The translations under genes were made by a program, and so were the position numbers. The notes below the pieces were generated by a model. That model saw nothing but the letters and a program-made list of their open reading frames with translations. It did no database searches and was not told where the DNA came from. Below, one piece after another: positions 11,490-24,715 of a DNA stretch of 64,000 nt. How positions within the stretch are numbered: position 1 is the first letter of the stretch; each line of letters begins with the position of its first letter. Source of the DNA: Nageia nagi (lineage: Eukaryota; Plantae; Pinophyta); assembly GCA_050084985.1 (NCBI GenBank), contig JBITNC010000001.1, positions 70,494,001 through 70,558,000 on the forward strand, in the 5' to 3' direction.

Positions 11490-13370
11490 TAATTTCCTTA
11501 GGTGACCAAAAGTGATCAATGGGACTAGAAAGTACAATCATGTAAATGAAGCCAACAAGCCCCTAGTGGGGCCTCTAAAGAAAATATAAAAGAATTAACA
11601 ACTACAACCATACAAGAGATACTTGGTCCTAAAAGAAAGAAGGGATACAAAAACTAAGGCTCCCTAGGCCATGTCGCTTAGGATAGCATTGGGGGAGTGT
11701 ATGATAGTGATTTTTACTATAGGGAGAGCTCATGCATGATCATTATAAGATGTGTTTATGATACTACTTTTGGAAGAGAAGAAGGCTCTGAACTGACACA
11801 TCTACGAAGGAACCTTGACACTCTATGTATGTCTCTTGGTTTGATGTGTTGGATGTAGGTGCTGATATCGATGTCTTCTACGAGCTCACTCAAGGGAAGA
11901 GGCATGAGAAAAGGACATGATGAGTTGATCCCCAAGTGGTTATTAAGCTCAAGCTAGAATTCATTGCTATAAGAGGAGGGCTTATCAAAAGTACATAGCC
12001 AAACATCATTGATAAGGATAATAGATGAATGTTCTTAGAGAGTTATGTGAGTCTCAAAAAAGGAAATAATAGCATTCTTGTATATCATAATAAACCAAAA
12101 ATTAGAAAATGAAATGGATATCAAACTCAATCTCAAAAGAGAAAAGGCAACAAACTTAAAGGTCTCTATCTATGTGATGATTGTCTCGATCCTCAATTGG
12201 TGTGAACATACTCGAAATTGACTAGGGGCTAATCTCAAGCTAAGAGGAAGATGCAAGCTAATGTATCTAGATGGCTAGATCAACCACTTATCTAACTAAA
12301 GGTAATGATGAGCATAATGGTCTAGTTTGGGCATCAACGGTTGCAAGGGAGACACTTTAGTAACTTGAATATAAGATCTATAGATAGCCTCATAAATTGC
12401 TTTATAGGAGGCTACTACCTCCTATGATGAACTCATAGGAGGTGAGAGAAGACTATCTAATGAGAAATCAAATATCTAAATCATCTCAAAGACCTCAAAA
12501 AACTAGCATCAATGGTAACCTTGGGCGAACAAGTTGATCAAGGAAGATAGGGCTCTAACTAGGAGTCTACCATTCCCATAGGAAGATAAATTATGAATAT
12601 GATGAAGAAAGAGGACTATGAAAATGAGTTCCCAAACTAGAAGAGGTTGGCATCAAATTTTGTAAGAATAATAGGATGTGGGACTATCCTCTTACTCTAG
12701 ATGAAGCATGATAGGAAGGTGATCAAGATCCTCTCTATCAATGTCCAATCAACTACCAACAAGTTGGGTCCCTAAACCTCTAGTCTATATAAGGTTATAG
12801 TATGACTAGAATTTGGAATAACTCTAACTTGGATAGAACATCTTGGAAGTGTAATTGGAAGCACTACCTCTCTAAATTAGATAAGGTCGCATATCCTTGA
12901 TGAACTTTGGGTGGTGCTGCTAACCTAATGAAGAATTTGGGACCCAAGAAGAGCACTCCCAAGTACATATAAGAGGAGGTAGTCTCTATACTACTATTGT
13001 AAAAGTTGATCTATGTTTGGTCCATCATGGCCTTCAAAATATTAAAGGCCACAACCTTAGCATTGCTAAGGTTCACTACCAACTCTTTCCTAACATTGAA
13101 TCTATCAAGAGCATTGAGTAAAGCCTATTGACCCTTAATCGAGTGAAATAACAATACAATGTCATCAACAAAAAGAAGTAAAGAAAATCTACTACCATGA
13201 AGAAGGAATCCATACTCAGAACCTATAGTCTCAAGGATAAAGGACTCCAAATCATCTATATATAACCCAAACAAAGCCAAAGCGAGAGGGCAACCTTGAT
13301 TCACCCCTATGTTGCTAAGAACACTATCAGGGGAGGCATGGGATTTGGATGGTCAATTGAGAAGGTCTTA
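11490..13370 (-). mobile_element. 5'-truncated RTE/RTE-X-type LINE inserted in the L1
   Basis: GVNQGCPLALALFGLYIDDL...LLLFVDDIVL (~13150-13310), YMYLGVLF (~12960), C-terminal HQLRIET...HF.F (~12060-12210). Boundaries approximate; no TSD found. Confidence 0.75.
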
Positions 13371-14953
13371 TACATTAAGTACACATTAAATTATCTTGAT
13401 TTGGTGAGATTCCAAAGAATATTATCCTCTATGGTACTATGTTTGAATTTGAATTTGCCCAAAAGGAACTAAAATTATTGAACTTTCATGGAAGAAAATC
13501 TTTAGAACTATAGATAGGTCTTTTCATTATTGTTGGGGAACAAAATTTACATTTTTTCAACTCTAGTAATTAGAAACAAAGTAGCCCCATTCGTTGGAGA
13601 GAAATATTTTAATATTTGTAAAGGCATCAAAAGTAGATAAGGGAGAGGATAGGAGCCAAGCCTCATTCAAGAATATGATTTTGTTATCATGGCCTATGTC
13701 CCAATGATGGAAAGAGAATGAATTTTCTATATTTTCTAAGTTCATTCCAAAAGGGATAACTAAATTAGAATCAACAATAGTTAAAATTTAGGTGGGTTCC
13801 TCTATGTCCAAGTATTTAAGATGAAGAAGTTTACTCTAAAGTGAAGAATGCTCAGTGTATATTCTCCATATCAATTTACTGAGAAGGAAAATATTCATTT
13901 ATCAGAGTCTTCTAATAACAAGGCCTCCTACAGATTCACTAAATCAAAAAATGTGCCAATTGACTAGATGGATTTTTGTTGCCTCTATGCAGCCCTTCGA
14001 TAGAAAGTCTCTGATCATTTTTTCTAAGAGCTTAATTATGTTATTTAGGAAGCAATTTAAGGTTTCCATCAAGAATATGGGTAGCACACTCATGATGGAT
14101 ATGATATTAATAAGATGACCATAGGTGGAACATCACTTTGCTTCCCAAGAGGCAAGTTTTATCTTCACTTTAGTTATGAATTGGTCCCAAAATTCCCCTA
14201 AATTTTCTTCTTCAGCAAGAGGCATGTTAAGGTATTTACTAGGGAGAGTTCCAATTATCATGCCTATTAATCTAGAGAATAATTGCAAATGGGAATTGAT
14301 TAGGTTGATATCAAAGAGATAGATTTTTAAGTTTATAGCTTATCTTGAAGTAATTTTGTAGGCATTTGGAGAAGAATATTTATTCTAATTACCTCTTGAA
14401 TGTAAGGGTGGATTGCAAGTAAGGTGTCATTTATAAATTGGGAATGAGTAATTAGAGGGCCTCTATTAGTGATATGCAAACCTTTGATGTGCTCAATAAC
14501 CAATAAGTGATTGAGATCCCTACTTAGGCTTTTACCTCCAAGATGAAAAGATAAGGAGATAGTGGATCTCCTTGCTTGAGTCCATAAGAGCTCTTTAAGA
14601 ATCTCTTGAAAACATCATTGATCAAAATAAAGGAGGGGGTGGAGAATAGTGAAGTAACCCATTTAATCTATCCAATTCAATGTCAAATTTCTTTACAATC
14701 TTGATAAGAAAATCTTAGTTTACTCTATCAAAATCCTTCTTCATATCCAATTTAATTAGAATACCTTTCTTATTAGTGCAATGGAGTGAGTGTATGATAT
14801 CATGTATTAGAGAAACTCTATTTATTAAATGGTAAACCTTGATAAAATCCTTTTGATCCTCATATATGTATCAGGTGGAGTTTGTTTTAGTCTATTGGAA
14901 TCCACCTTTGAAACAAATTTGTAGATGCCAATACAAAGAGAGATGGGTATGAA

Positions 14954-15210
14954 CACCAAGGAAAGAGGGGGTCACTATTAGGAAATGGTAAATAGAACTT
15001 GAGTGCTACTAAGGGCTATTTTTAATATATAATTAAATTATTGGTACATTGGTAAATCTATTATAAGGGGAGGGGTGTAGGGGTATTTAAATTTTATGCA
15101 ATATATTTTACAAACATAAAAAAAGAGAGGGGGGTTAATTTGAAGGGATGGGCATTATATTTAATAAAAAAAGATAGGGGGATTAGTTTGAGGGGGTTTA
15201 GTTTGTGTAG
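14954..15210. mobile_element. 257-bp G-run-rich insertion with 5-bp TSD ATGAA
   Basis: ATGAA at 14949-14953 and 15211-15215; removing the insert and one copy restores L1 ORF2 ...NSFIPISLC. Confidence 0.75.
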
Positions 15211-17249
15211 ATGAAGGAATTCAAGATTTTAACATCCATAGTTTTAGGAATAAGAACCAAGAAGGTGTGATTAAGTGTAATGAGCATTTGGTGTAAGAAG
15301 AAGGATTCTATGACCACTCCAATGATATCCTCATTGACATACTACCAAAAATATTAAAAAATTCTAGGTTGGAATGCATCTAGGTCTTGGGTGCTAGGAG
15401 AACTCTTTATTTTGAAGAGAGATTATTCAACCTCTTCCTTAGAAATAGGATATGATAAAATAACATTATTAGTAGGGGTGACAAGATTTGGAAAAAAATA
15501 TAGCAGCTGAGTTTGGGACTCATCTTTGTTAATAGGATCCTCCATTAGTAGTGATTGGAAAAAATATATGGTGTGCCTCACATTATCTTCATGAAAATTA
15601 AAAAAACTTGCTTATCTAGGGTCTCTAGATTTTATCCTTGATTTATCCTCAACTAGCACTATAAAGGAAAGGCTCGAGGGGTTACCAAGGTTCCTAGATT
15701 TTCATGGTAACTTTACAAGCTCTACTCCTTTCATTATACCCTTACTATGGGAACACTCACTTGATTACATTTTTCCTTTTAGGATGCCCTTCAGGGTGAG
15801 TGCTAGGTACCTAGGGCATTATCCCATAGTGAAAAGCCTCTAGAGAAGTAATTCAATTATGAATTCTATGGTAAATAGTAGAGATGTAAAAAAAAGGTAT
15901 TCCTATCCCCTTATTATAACCATTTTATGTAGGAATTCAGATTCTAGAAAATCTCTTCTATTTTATATATGTTATTCAACTATTTGAGGAGCAATTTTTC
16001 TTGGTGGAGAAGGGTGGGATCATTACCTTGCTATAATAGTAACTAAATCTTAGAGAGTTGTTCTAACTCAACTTTTGGTATATGAATGTCAAAAAATTAT
16101 ATTTTATTCTATATCTTGATCTTATTCATTAGTTTGGATAATTTAATGGTAAATTGGTTTATATTGATGTCATATACAACTTATTCTCCCTTCCACTAGT
16201 GTTTCACTATATTCCCAAAGTCATATAAGTTTAACAACCATATTCTTTTTATCCTAAAAGGATAAAGCTACAAATGGGTGGAAGTTTCAATGGATAGTTG
16301 TATAGGCCAGTGGTCAGAACCCCAAGAGGGAAGAACTTCATATTGGGTAAGAATGCCTCTCTCAAGCCAAGATATTATGGTGAAAAAATTGTTAAGTTTT
16401 TCAAGGATTTTCTCCTTACAAGATCTCTTATTAGAACATATGTAAAGATCTTTTTTATAGAGTGGTTCATGAATGTTTAGATTATTTATGAAATTATTGA
16501 AATTATGGGATTTCTAATTTAGTTTCTTGATGATACCTTTCTTTTAAGCAAGATGATATATGGTATTGAAGTCTCCATTAATAATGCAAGGGGTACATTC
16601 CTAAAGGATAAGTTATTGGGACAAGTGGTTCCATGCAATGAGTTTCTCTTCTATAGTTTGGGGGCCATAAGATTTTATAAGATGAAATATACAATCTAAT
16701 TAGAGACAACCATAAGAATGGATATGAAATAAACTTTTTGAGTAACAATGAGAAAATGAATTTGGAGTTATCCTAGATAATAAGAATCCCCAAAATAATC
16801 AATTGATTCATTTGAGATGGCTAGGGATTAGGATGAAATTTATTTCTTAAAACATTCAATTTATGAATTGAACAATTTAGTATTTGAACATAAATGATAG
16901 AAGGAATCTCTTTCTTAACTAGATATCTAACATACCTAATTACTGAGGGGGTATGAAATCCCATACAATTCTAGGAGATGATCTTCATATATTCACTATA
17001 AAAATTTGACAACTACTTGGCTATCTAGAATAAACTATAAAGTTTCATCTATTTCAACCATTGCTTCCTATTTTTTCATATCTTGGTTGGAATTTATACC
17101 CTTTTATTTATGTACACCACCCATTTTTATCTTTAGTTTATTGATAGTTTGAGAAATAATCAAATTCTTATATTAATGGTTGGAATATAGGATTGGCATG
17201 GGGGACTTGAGGTGTGGATATGTTGATTGTAAAGGGAAATCTTGGAGCT

Positions 17250-19078
17250 CACTACTACAATAAAGGTATTTAGCATCAAGGTGGGTGTCATTTTGTCTTT
17301 TTTTTTTTACTCATGATAAAATGAAATAACCTATGCTAAATGACATATCAAATATAGCATTGATATTTGCATCACTTCGAGATTCATTTATAGAATCATA
17401 TTTCATCAAAAATAGATTCATTTTTGCATTGGAAATAGAGTCATTTTTGCATTGAAAATAGAGTCATTTTACATTGTAAATTGAATCATTTTACATCATA
17501 ATAGATCATTTTACATAATAATAGATTCATTTTACATCAATTATAATATCATATATTAAATTATTTTTTAAAAAATTAGAAACTCGAATCCAAGGTGGAT
17601 TCTAGTTTCTAATTTCTATTTTTTTGGGTTTGGTGTTAGGGTTAGTTCCCATATGCTTTATCAGATCAAAGAGTTTAAGGGAAACACATGTATTGTATTT
17701 GGAATATACCCCACTGGCTTCATCTCACTTGTTAATTACTTTAATTTTTCATAGATATATTATGTTTGTGGGTATGATCTATATGCTACAAGAAAAGCAT
17801 GTACCCTTTTGTTAACTATAATCCAACTACATCTATGTATCTTCTTATTTTCTCTATCTATCAACATTTTTCTTACTCTTTGAACATCATCCTAGCTACT
17901 CATTTCATCATAAATATTTGAGAGAAGAATATATGATGGAGCATATTTAGGCTCCATCCAAAAAAAGGATTGTTATCACAAATTACCCTATTATTACATT
18001 TTTATGTGATATACAAGTACGAAGAAAATACATACACACATCCACTTAAAGTTATATAGAAATATTCATAAAAAATTCAAAGCTTATTCAAGATAGCCTA
18101 CATAACCAAGAAGGTCAACAATAGATATTTAATTATTCATCCCAATAATAATGTAATAAAAGTCACTCATGTTATTAAAATATTTACAACCCTCATCCAC
18201 TAGGCCTACTATATTGCATGCAAGTAGAACATATACAAAGATTATGTTGTTAGTGTTGGTTCCCAATTATTTCATTATATCAAAGAGTGTAAGCACATCC
18301 TTGTTATAGCCATGAATTGCATATCCTAACATCATTGTACACTTGTATATCAAAGTAATCACAACCATAATATTTGATGAAAAACCATTTTCAACTACTC
18401 TTTGATGGATTTCCATAACTTCTTCTAGAACTATCATGATGGTACATGTTGGAAGAATTCTTTTAAAGGTAACATAGCTTGGCTTTACATATGATAATTG
18501 CGTTTGCTTATCATTCCCAAGAGCCTTTTCAAAAAACCTATTTTATGTATATCTTACGATCAATGTAGTCCATTAAACTATATTTGCATCATGCACCTTT
18601 TCAAATAATTTGCATTCCTTCTCTATGCTTCCATATTTTATAATAAAAGGGGTTTCCAACCATTCAATGATAACTATCGATCAAGTTTCTTGACTTAGGA
18701 TCAAGAATAAATCAACTTAGATCCATGTGCATGATCTATGTTATTTTTTCTTATTTGTTTACATTTTGAATGGTAGGTTTGACCCACATTTAGTATCAAT
18801 TTTTACATCAAACCTAGAGTTAAATTTGCATCATACTTAGAGTGAGATTTAGAGTCATACCTAACATTAGATTTGCATCATATTTAGAATTAGATTTAGA
18901 GTCAAACCTAGCATCAGATTTGCATTGTACTTAGAGTCATATTTAGAGTCATATATAGCATCAAATCTATAAAAAAAAAAAAAAAAATGCAAAATGATGC
19001 CAAATGACAAATTACATTAGACATTTTTTTATTAAAGTGATGCCTAATCTGATGCTAAATGTTGTTTTTATAGTAGTG
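17250..19078. mobile_element. Non-autonomous CACTA (Pack-CACTA) element
   Basis: Left end CACTACTACAATAAAGGTATTTAGCATCA; reverse complement of right end CACTACTATAAAAACAACATTTAGCATCA. Flanks GCT/GAT (3-bp TSD, one mismatch). Subterminal repeat arrays (TAGA-TCA..TTTGCATCA-like) at ~17380-17540 and ~18800-18965. Confidence 0.9.
17685..18640 (-). pseudogene. Captured PLS-class PPR gene fragment (last PPR motifs, E domain, E+)
   Basis: GSIEKECKLFEKVHDANIV*WTTLI...ILPTC...EIHQRVVENGFSSNIMV...GYAIHG...VLLACNIVGLVDEGCKYFNNM...IVDLLG...SYILLSNIY...CSWIIVNKRVHAF...MKPVGYIPNT. Stops and an internal deletion. Confidence 0.92.
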
Positions 19079-19652
19079 GATTATTGCAAGTTAATTACGT
19101 TACATATGCTCTTTGTTAAGGTATTCATATAGTGGATGATCTGTGATTGCATGTTGTGGGACATTAGAGGGGGGATCATTTTATGGATCTAGTTTGGGGT
19201 GTGGGAATCCTTAGTTTGAGGATGATTAGGGAGAGGGATGGGATTGGTTAAAATTATATAAAGAATTATAGATTAAGATGAGGGTTCTCCTAAAAAATCA
19301 TCTAGATTATCTAGACTTTGGAATTAATTTTGACTCTTATTTTCTTGTATAGTGATTATTTATTTATTGTGATTGATATTATTTTTTGGGACTTGAAATG
19401 CATCAAATTTTGGGGTAGTTATCTCTTTATATGGTGGAGCACATGGCAAACTTCTTACTAATTCATGGTAAATTATACAATGGAATGGGAAGTTTTTGTA
19501 GTCAAGGCATAAGATCCACTCTTTGAATTCATCTTCTAATATGATATCCTATTTCAAGGGTTGAAGGAGGTTAAGATTGATGCATATAATAGCAAAGGAT
19601 ATATTATATAAGGCATGATTTCTTTATGAGGAACCAATGAAAGTACCTAAAG

Positions 19653-21400
19653 TGTTACCAATTACACATAGAATTTAGTTATATATGCACAAGGTTTCTT
19701 GCAAAGTAAGAATTAAAAAAGAGAACTCTAAACTAAAATATAATTGTAACACTGAGATAAGGGAAATATATCAATCAATACTACACAATTCTAATCCATT
19801 TATGGAGAAAAAAATTTCCATCAATAACATTCAACCATTGTTATAGAACAATAGTTCCACCAAAAACCTTCAACTATTATTTCATAACAATGTTTCTAGA
19901 ACCAAAAGGCTTCATGTAAGTTATGCAAAAACCCTAGGTCCTTGTGTATTCTTTCACATTTTTCCTACCCATCTAAAAACTACATAGGCCTTATGTATTT
20001 TTCTACATTTTGCATATCCATCACAACAATGTCACTTGTAACAATCTTGAAGCTAATCTTTTTTATCGAAAAAACCTATTTTTGTATACTTGAAAAAATT
20101 AGGCATAAAAGAGTTTAAATGGCATCAAATTAGGGTTTGAAATTGTGTATTTCTATATTTTGCACTAAAATATTATTTCCTTCATTTGCAAACATTGGCT
20201 AGAGTTGTGAAATAAACTAACTATAGTGCATAATGATAATGGGTATCTATGATTCCATGGAACACTTTTACATTTCTATTAAATAATCTAGGGTTGCAAT
20301 ATTCTTCGAATAACTACACAATTTAGGGATGTAATAGGTCCATACTATAACCTTTTTTCACTAACCTTGACATTGAGGGTGGGTGCAAGAAGATGAGTCC
20401 ACATAATAAGGAAGTCTTGCAAGAAAATAAGACTAATTGTCAAATTCTTATTTTTTGAGAATTTTAACAAATAAATTATATGAGGATAAGTTATAGATAA
20501 TTCTCTATTTTTTTTTTTAAATTGATAAGTTTAGGTCAAATTATGCATGTCACACATGAGCAGTTTTTGAAACAACAATCATGACCAATGCAAAATTAAT
20601 AATACTAAAATATTCATGAAAAAATTATAACAAAATATCTATGACAAGATTTAGTATATTAGGTATCTTTTTATAAAATGGTTTTAAAAATACCTTAATT
20701 TATATCAAATTATGCTTTATAGACATGTGCATGGTATGATCCTAAAATAGTATATTTTAAAAGTGTTTTATACTCATTCCTATAAAAAAATTGACTTTTA
20801 TTATTTGGGCATTAAAATAAATTACATATTTGAAAACTAGACTTTGACAACTAGATTTTCACCTAATGATCTTTTGCAAGATTCCATATCTAAGAGCTTC
20901 AAATTTTGAGATCAATAATGAAGAAACATAAAAATCAAAGAACACTTCCACTTTTTGGCCATAAAGTGGACCCAAATTCTTCCACTAACCTCTAATTAAT
21001 GCCCTCATATTCTATTTTTTCATATATGCAATTGTAAATAGTTTTCCTATTACATTAGCAAATTCTCACGATCATTTTTGTGTAGTACTAAGAAAAGTAA
21101 TTAGATAGGTTTGAGAACCTTAGTTGAAGATGCTAGAGTATTTTTGAGTCTAAATAAAAATATAAGTCCTAAACCACTTTTTAAATTGATCCTTAAACTC
21201 AAAATGCCTTTGAGACTTTGATTTTTTTGAAGACTTAGAAGTGACTCATATGCAATAGACCAAATGCTCACAATCCCTATCTAATCGCTCCTTAGTTACA
21301 TGTATAAAAATGATCTTGAGAATTATAAGAGGCATCAAATACATTGAAGCATATAAGGTAGATTTAAGTTTGTACTTTGGGTTTTCTTACATCCATTATT
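19653..21400. mobile_element. Unclassified non-coding, LTR-like repeat fragment
   Basis: Starts TGTTACCA where L1 ORF1 similarity stops; non-coding with TAGGGTTT motifs. No partner LTR or TSD found. Confidence 0.35.
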
Positions 21401-21779
21401 AGATCACTTTGGGTGAATAGGTTACTTATTCCCTTTTCCAAGGTACATATAAAGTAGCTGAAATACTATGATATGATTTTTAGATTATAAAAAGAATGCT
21501 TGCAAGAACTTTTCAATCTTATTGGATCAATAAATCATGATATATGTTGAATGAATTCCAATATCATATTATAATAATGAAAAATAGGAATATCTAGATT
21601 ATAAATGGGAAAGACCATAGATGATAATAGTGATATAGATAATGATAAAAGATCAATAAAATGTATCAAAGGATATATATAAGACATTAAATCACTATTC
21701 ATATGCATCCTAAAGGATAATGAGAAGGAAGCATAAATACCTATGAAACTTTAAAATATTTATCATCTTTATCACAATG

Positions 21780-22090
21780 AATACAATTCCTATTATCACC
21801 TTCTTTCTTTTTCAAAGTATTAGTGGTCTTAGTTTCTTGCTTACTTTTTCCTTTATCTTGATATTTACCTTTATCTTGTGATCCCCTTTAATTAGAAGCC
21901 TTCTAGGATTCATCATATTATCTCCTTGTTTTACCATCCTTCTCTAAGTATTATGCTTATGCACACACTTGATTAGGATTATTAGGCTTAAACAACATGA
22001 TAGTATTTTGCAAATGACTATGTAAACCTCCAATGTACTTCATTAAAGTTTGAGGATCTTTTTGTGAAACCCCATGAAAAGCAGCTTGTT
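21780..22090 (-). mobile_element. Chromovirus-type gag fragment related to the element at 24716-56881
   Basis: GVSQKDPQTLMKYIGGLHSHLQNTIMLFKPNNPNQVCA*A*YLE aligns with ORF 29271..29669 (GISLKDTSLLMKYIKGLHYHLQKILIFF..NLDKVCVQAHYFE). Confidence 0.8.
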
Positions 22091-22093
22091 TTG

Positions 22094-23169
22094 TGTAAAC
22101 ACCTTAAAAACACATCCTATGTTGTTGAATGGGTTACATATACATTTTTAATTATATCATGTGTTATAATATCATGTTGGACTAATGTATGTTTTGCAAG
22201 TCCATCGATTAGATTGGTTGACTCAATATAGGTCTTTTATTTTGCTAACACTCTTTGGTTGTAGTTGCCTAGATGACTTGTAAGTTGCCTGAATGACCCT
22301 GTAGATGTCATCATAATTAGGGAAATTTTTATTGAGTATTATAAAATTCAATTGGAACACATTCCAAGCTTCTTCAATTTTTTATGCTTTGACCTATATA
22401 GACTTTGTAACCTTTGTGTTTTCCAGCAACTGTACATGAGCATTTGGATATTGTTGTGAAGGGCTTACCAAATCAAGAACATTACTCTTCAATATTTGAG
22501 GATGCTTCTCCATCACAAATGCATTGAGGTATTTGTTATCATTTGGGATTTTATTTGAGATAATTAATGGTGTCTCTCCATGTTATTTCTAGATTTGAAT
22601 ATGCATCAAACATTTATTGAAGCTTGTATCCTTTTATCTTAATTAGCAATTACATATTGTGTGGAATTTAGGCATTAATTAAGATAATACATCTTATATT
22701 TGTCAATATTTATTGCTTAATTTTCAATTCTTATCTTATATCCATTGATTTTAGCTTTGCATTTGTGGTCTACATTATCTTGCATTATTAGTTAGTTCAA
22801 TCTTTGTATACATCACTCACATTTGTCAAATCTTGGATATCACTTATCAATTTAGTATAGATCTATCATTTCATTTTTCAATTGTCATTGTTAAAGCATT
22901 TAACACCTATCTTTGTAAGTCTAGCATACACATTTGCATTCTAGGTATGAAAGTCTTTATGAGAATCCATGTGATTATGGACTAAGGGGATCTACAACCT
23001 TGTAGAGTTGGGGTCTCATCCCACCTTTGACAATCACAAGGTCCTAAGGACTTTTGATTTGAGGTCCCCTTTCCTTATTGATCTTTCCTTTTTAGATTTG
23101 AAAACACATTTATATCATTGAAGGTAAAGGATTATTCTTATACTTTGCTCTTATCATTTTGTCACAACA
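22094..23169 (+). mobile_element. Probable solitary LTR (~1.08 kb)
   Basis: Starts TGTAAACACCTTAAAAA exactly where the gag fragment breaks; candidate end TTTTGTCACAACA. No TSD recovered. Confidence 0.45.
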
Positions 23170-24715
23170 TATCATAGGAAAATTTAGTATTGAATGCTTT
23201 GGATCTTGGAATACTCATGAGTGGTTTGAGTGTTTTTTGTGTTGAGGATTCTGAGGTTAAATTAAAAAGTGTATTCTTGAACTAATTTCCCTCTTTCTTG
23301 TATAAAAAAATATCATTTTATTAATTGTTTATTATGATACCCCAATGGATAAAATTGATCTCTTAACAAATTTTTAAATTCATTCCAAGAAGATATTTAT
23401 GATAAATTTTCATATCTAACAATTTCTACATGAATTTCCCTCCAAACTAAAGCATGTACACCCATATTGAATCTAGTAAAAGATATTTTATGAAAATAAT
23501 TTACAACACCTTGAATTTGTAAATGAACTTCCAATTATTTCAACCAATTATTTAACTTATCCACATCAACCTCTCCACCAAAAGTAGGAATGGCCACTTT
23601 AGCCTCCACCATGAATATATGGAACTCGATTTGATGAACATGATGAATTAGGTCCTCAAAATTCATTAAATTGCGCTTCTAATTAGCATTTACATTTGCT
23701 TTAGCAGCCAATAACTTAGCCAAATGAGCCAAATGAATCTCCATTTCCAAAAATTTCCTTTCAAAATTGGCATCCATCATGATACAAATAGTAGACTATT
23801 GCTCCTCCAAATTATCGATTTTCATTACTCAGCACCTTTGACCAATCTTGGGATCCTTTGGAATCAAATTTGATCTTTGAGATCTCCTCTTAAACATAAA
23901 AAAGCACACTACTAGTAGCCTAAAATCCATAAAATTTTGTTCCAAATTTTGCATACACAAGATTTGATACCATGTGATCGTAATCATCAAATGCTTATAC
24001 AATATTGGATCATCACTTATAGATTTGAACAAAAAATATTCACCATTATGAGAAACATAAAACTACATATAAATTCAAAATTACATAATGTGAAACTACA
24101 AATTAACAATCTCAATCACACACAACAAGATCAACATAATTATTTACCCTGGTTCACTCAATGTAAGCTAATATAGCATTGAATTCGATCCTTCTCTTCT
24201 CATTATCTATGGAAATTATAATATTACATGCATATAGAGAAATACCATCAAATTAATGGTAATACCATCTCCTACAACACTACTACAATCTTCTAGAGCA
24301 AGAAGAGTAAATTCAAAACTACAAAACTTATGGAATGACTCTTGGTCTTCCTTCAAATATTTACAATCCTAAAACCTCAAAAACTAACACATGATATAAT
24401 GTAGATTATTATGTAAATATTTTTTAAATATTAGTTTTTATTTCCAAATGTTTCACATATAGGTAATTGTTATACTAACTTCCTATGTATTTACCTTCTT
24501 AGATAAACTATAATGATACTAATAACTTCTTTGAACCTAAAATGAACATGCATGACATGTATCATAAATGCAATCATGAATTGGTATTGGATGGAGAGAT
24601 TGGAATCATTTTGAGTTTTTTGAAAATTTGTGAAGAATAAATGGACAACATTCTACCACTATTTGTGAGCATTATGAACTCAAAATAAAGTAAGCCTTAT
24701 TTTTCATAAGAACAT

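Larger units (their letters stand above)
10750..19650 (-). mobile_element. Degenerate L1-clade LINE (ORF1 + ORF2) with three nested insertions
   Basis: ORF1 ~19450-19600: IICINLNLLQPLK...W...LDYKNFPFHC. ORF2 start at 16988: MKIIS*NCMGF (APE endonuclease). Then LNHTFLVLIPK..NSFIPISLC; LDMKKDFDRVN; GLKQGDPLSPYL (~14570); SQFINDTLL. zf-RVT LWLEIHNK...CDLVEES (~11400) and WVIWIQRNNGIF (~11170). Confidence 0.88.

Noticed and set aside
17685-18640. Functional host PPR gene
   Set aside because: Multiple stops, internal deletion, truncated at both ends, and enclosed by CACTA TIRs.
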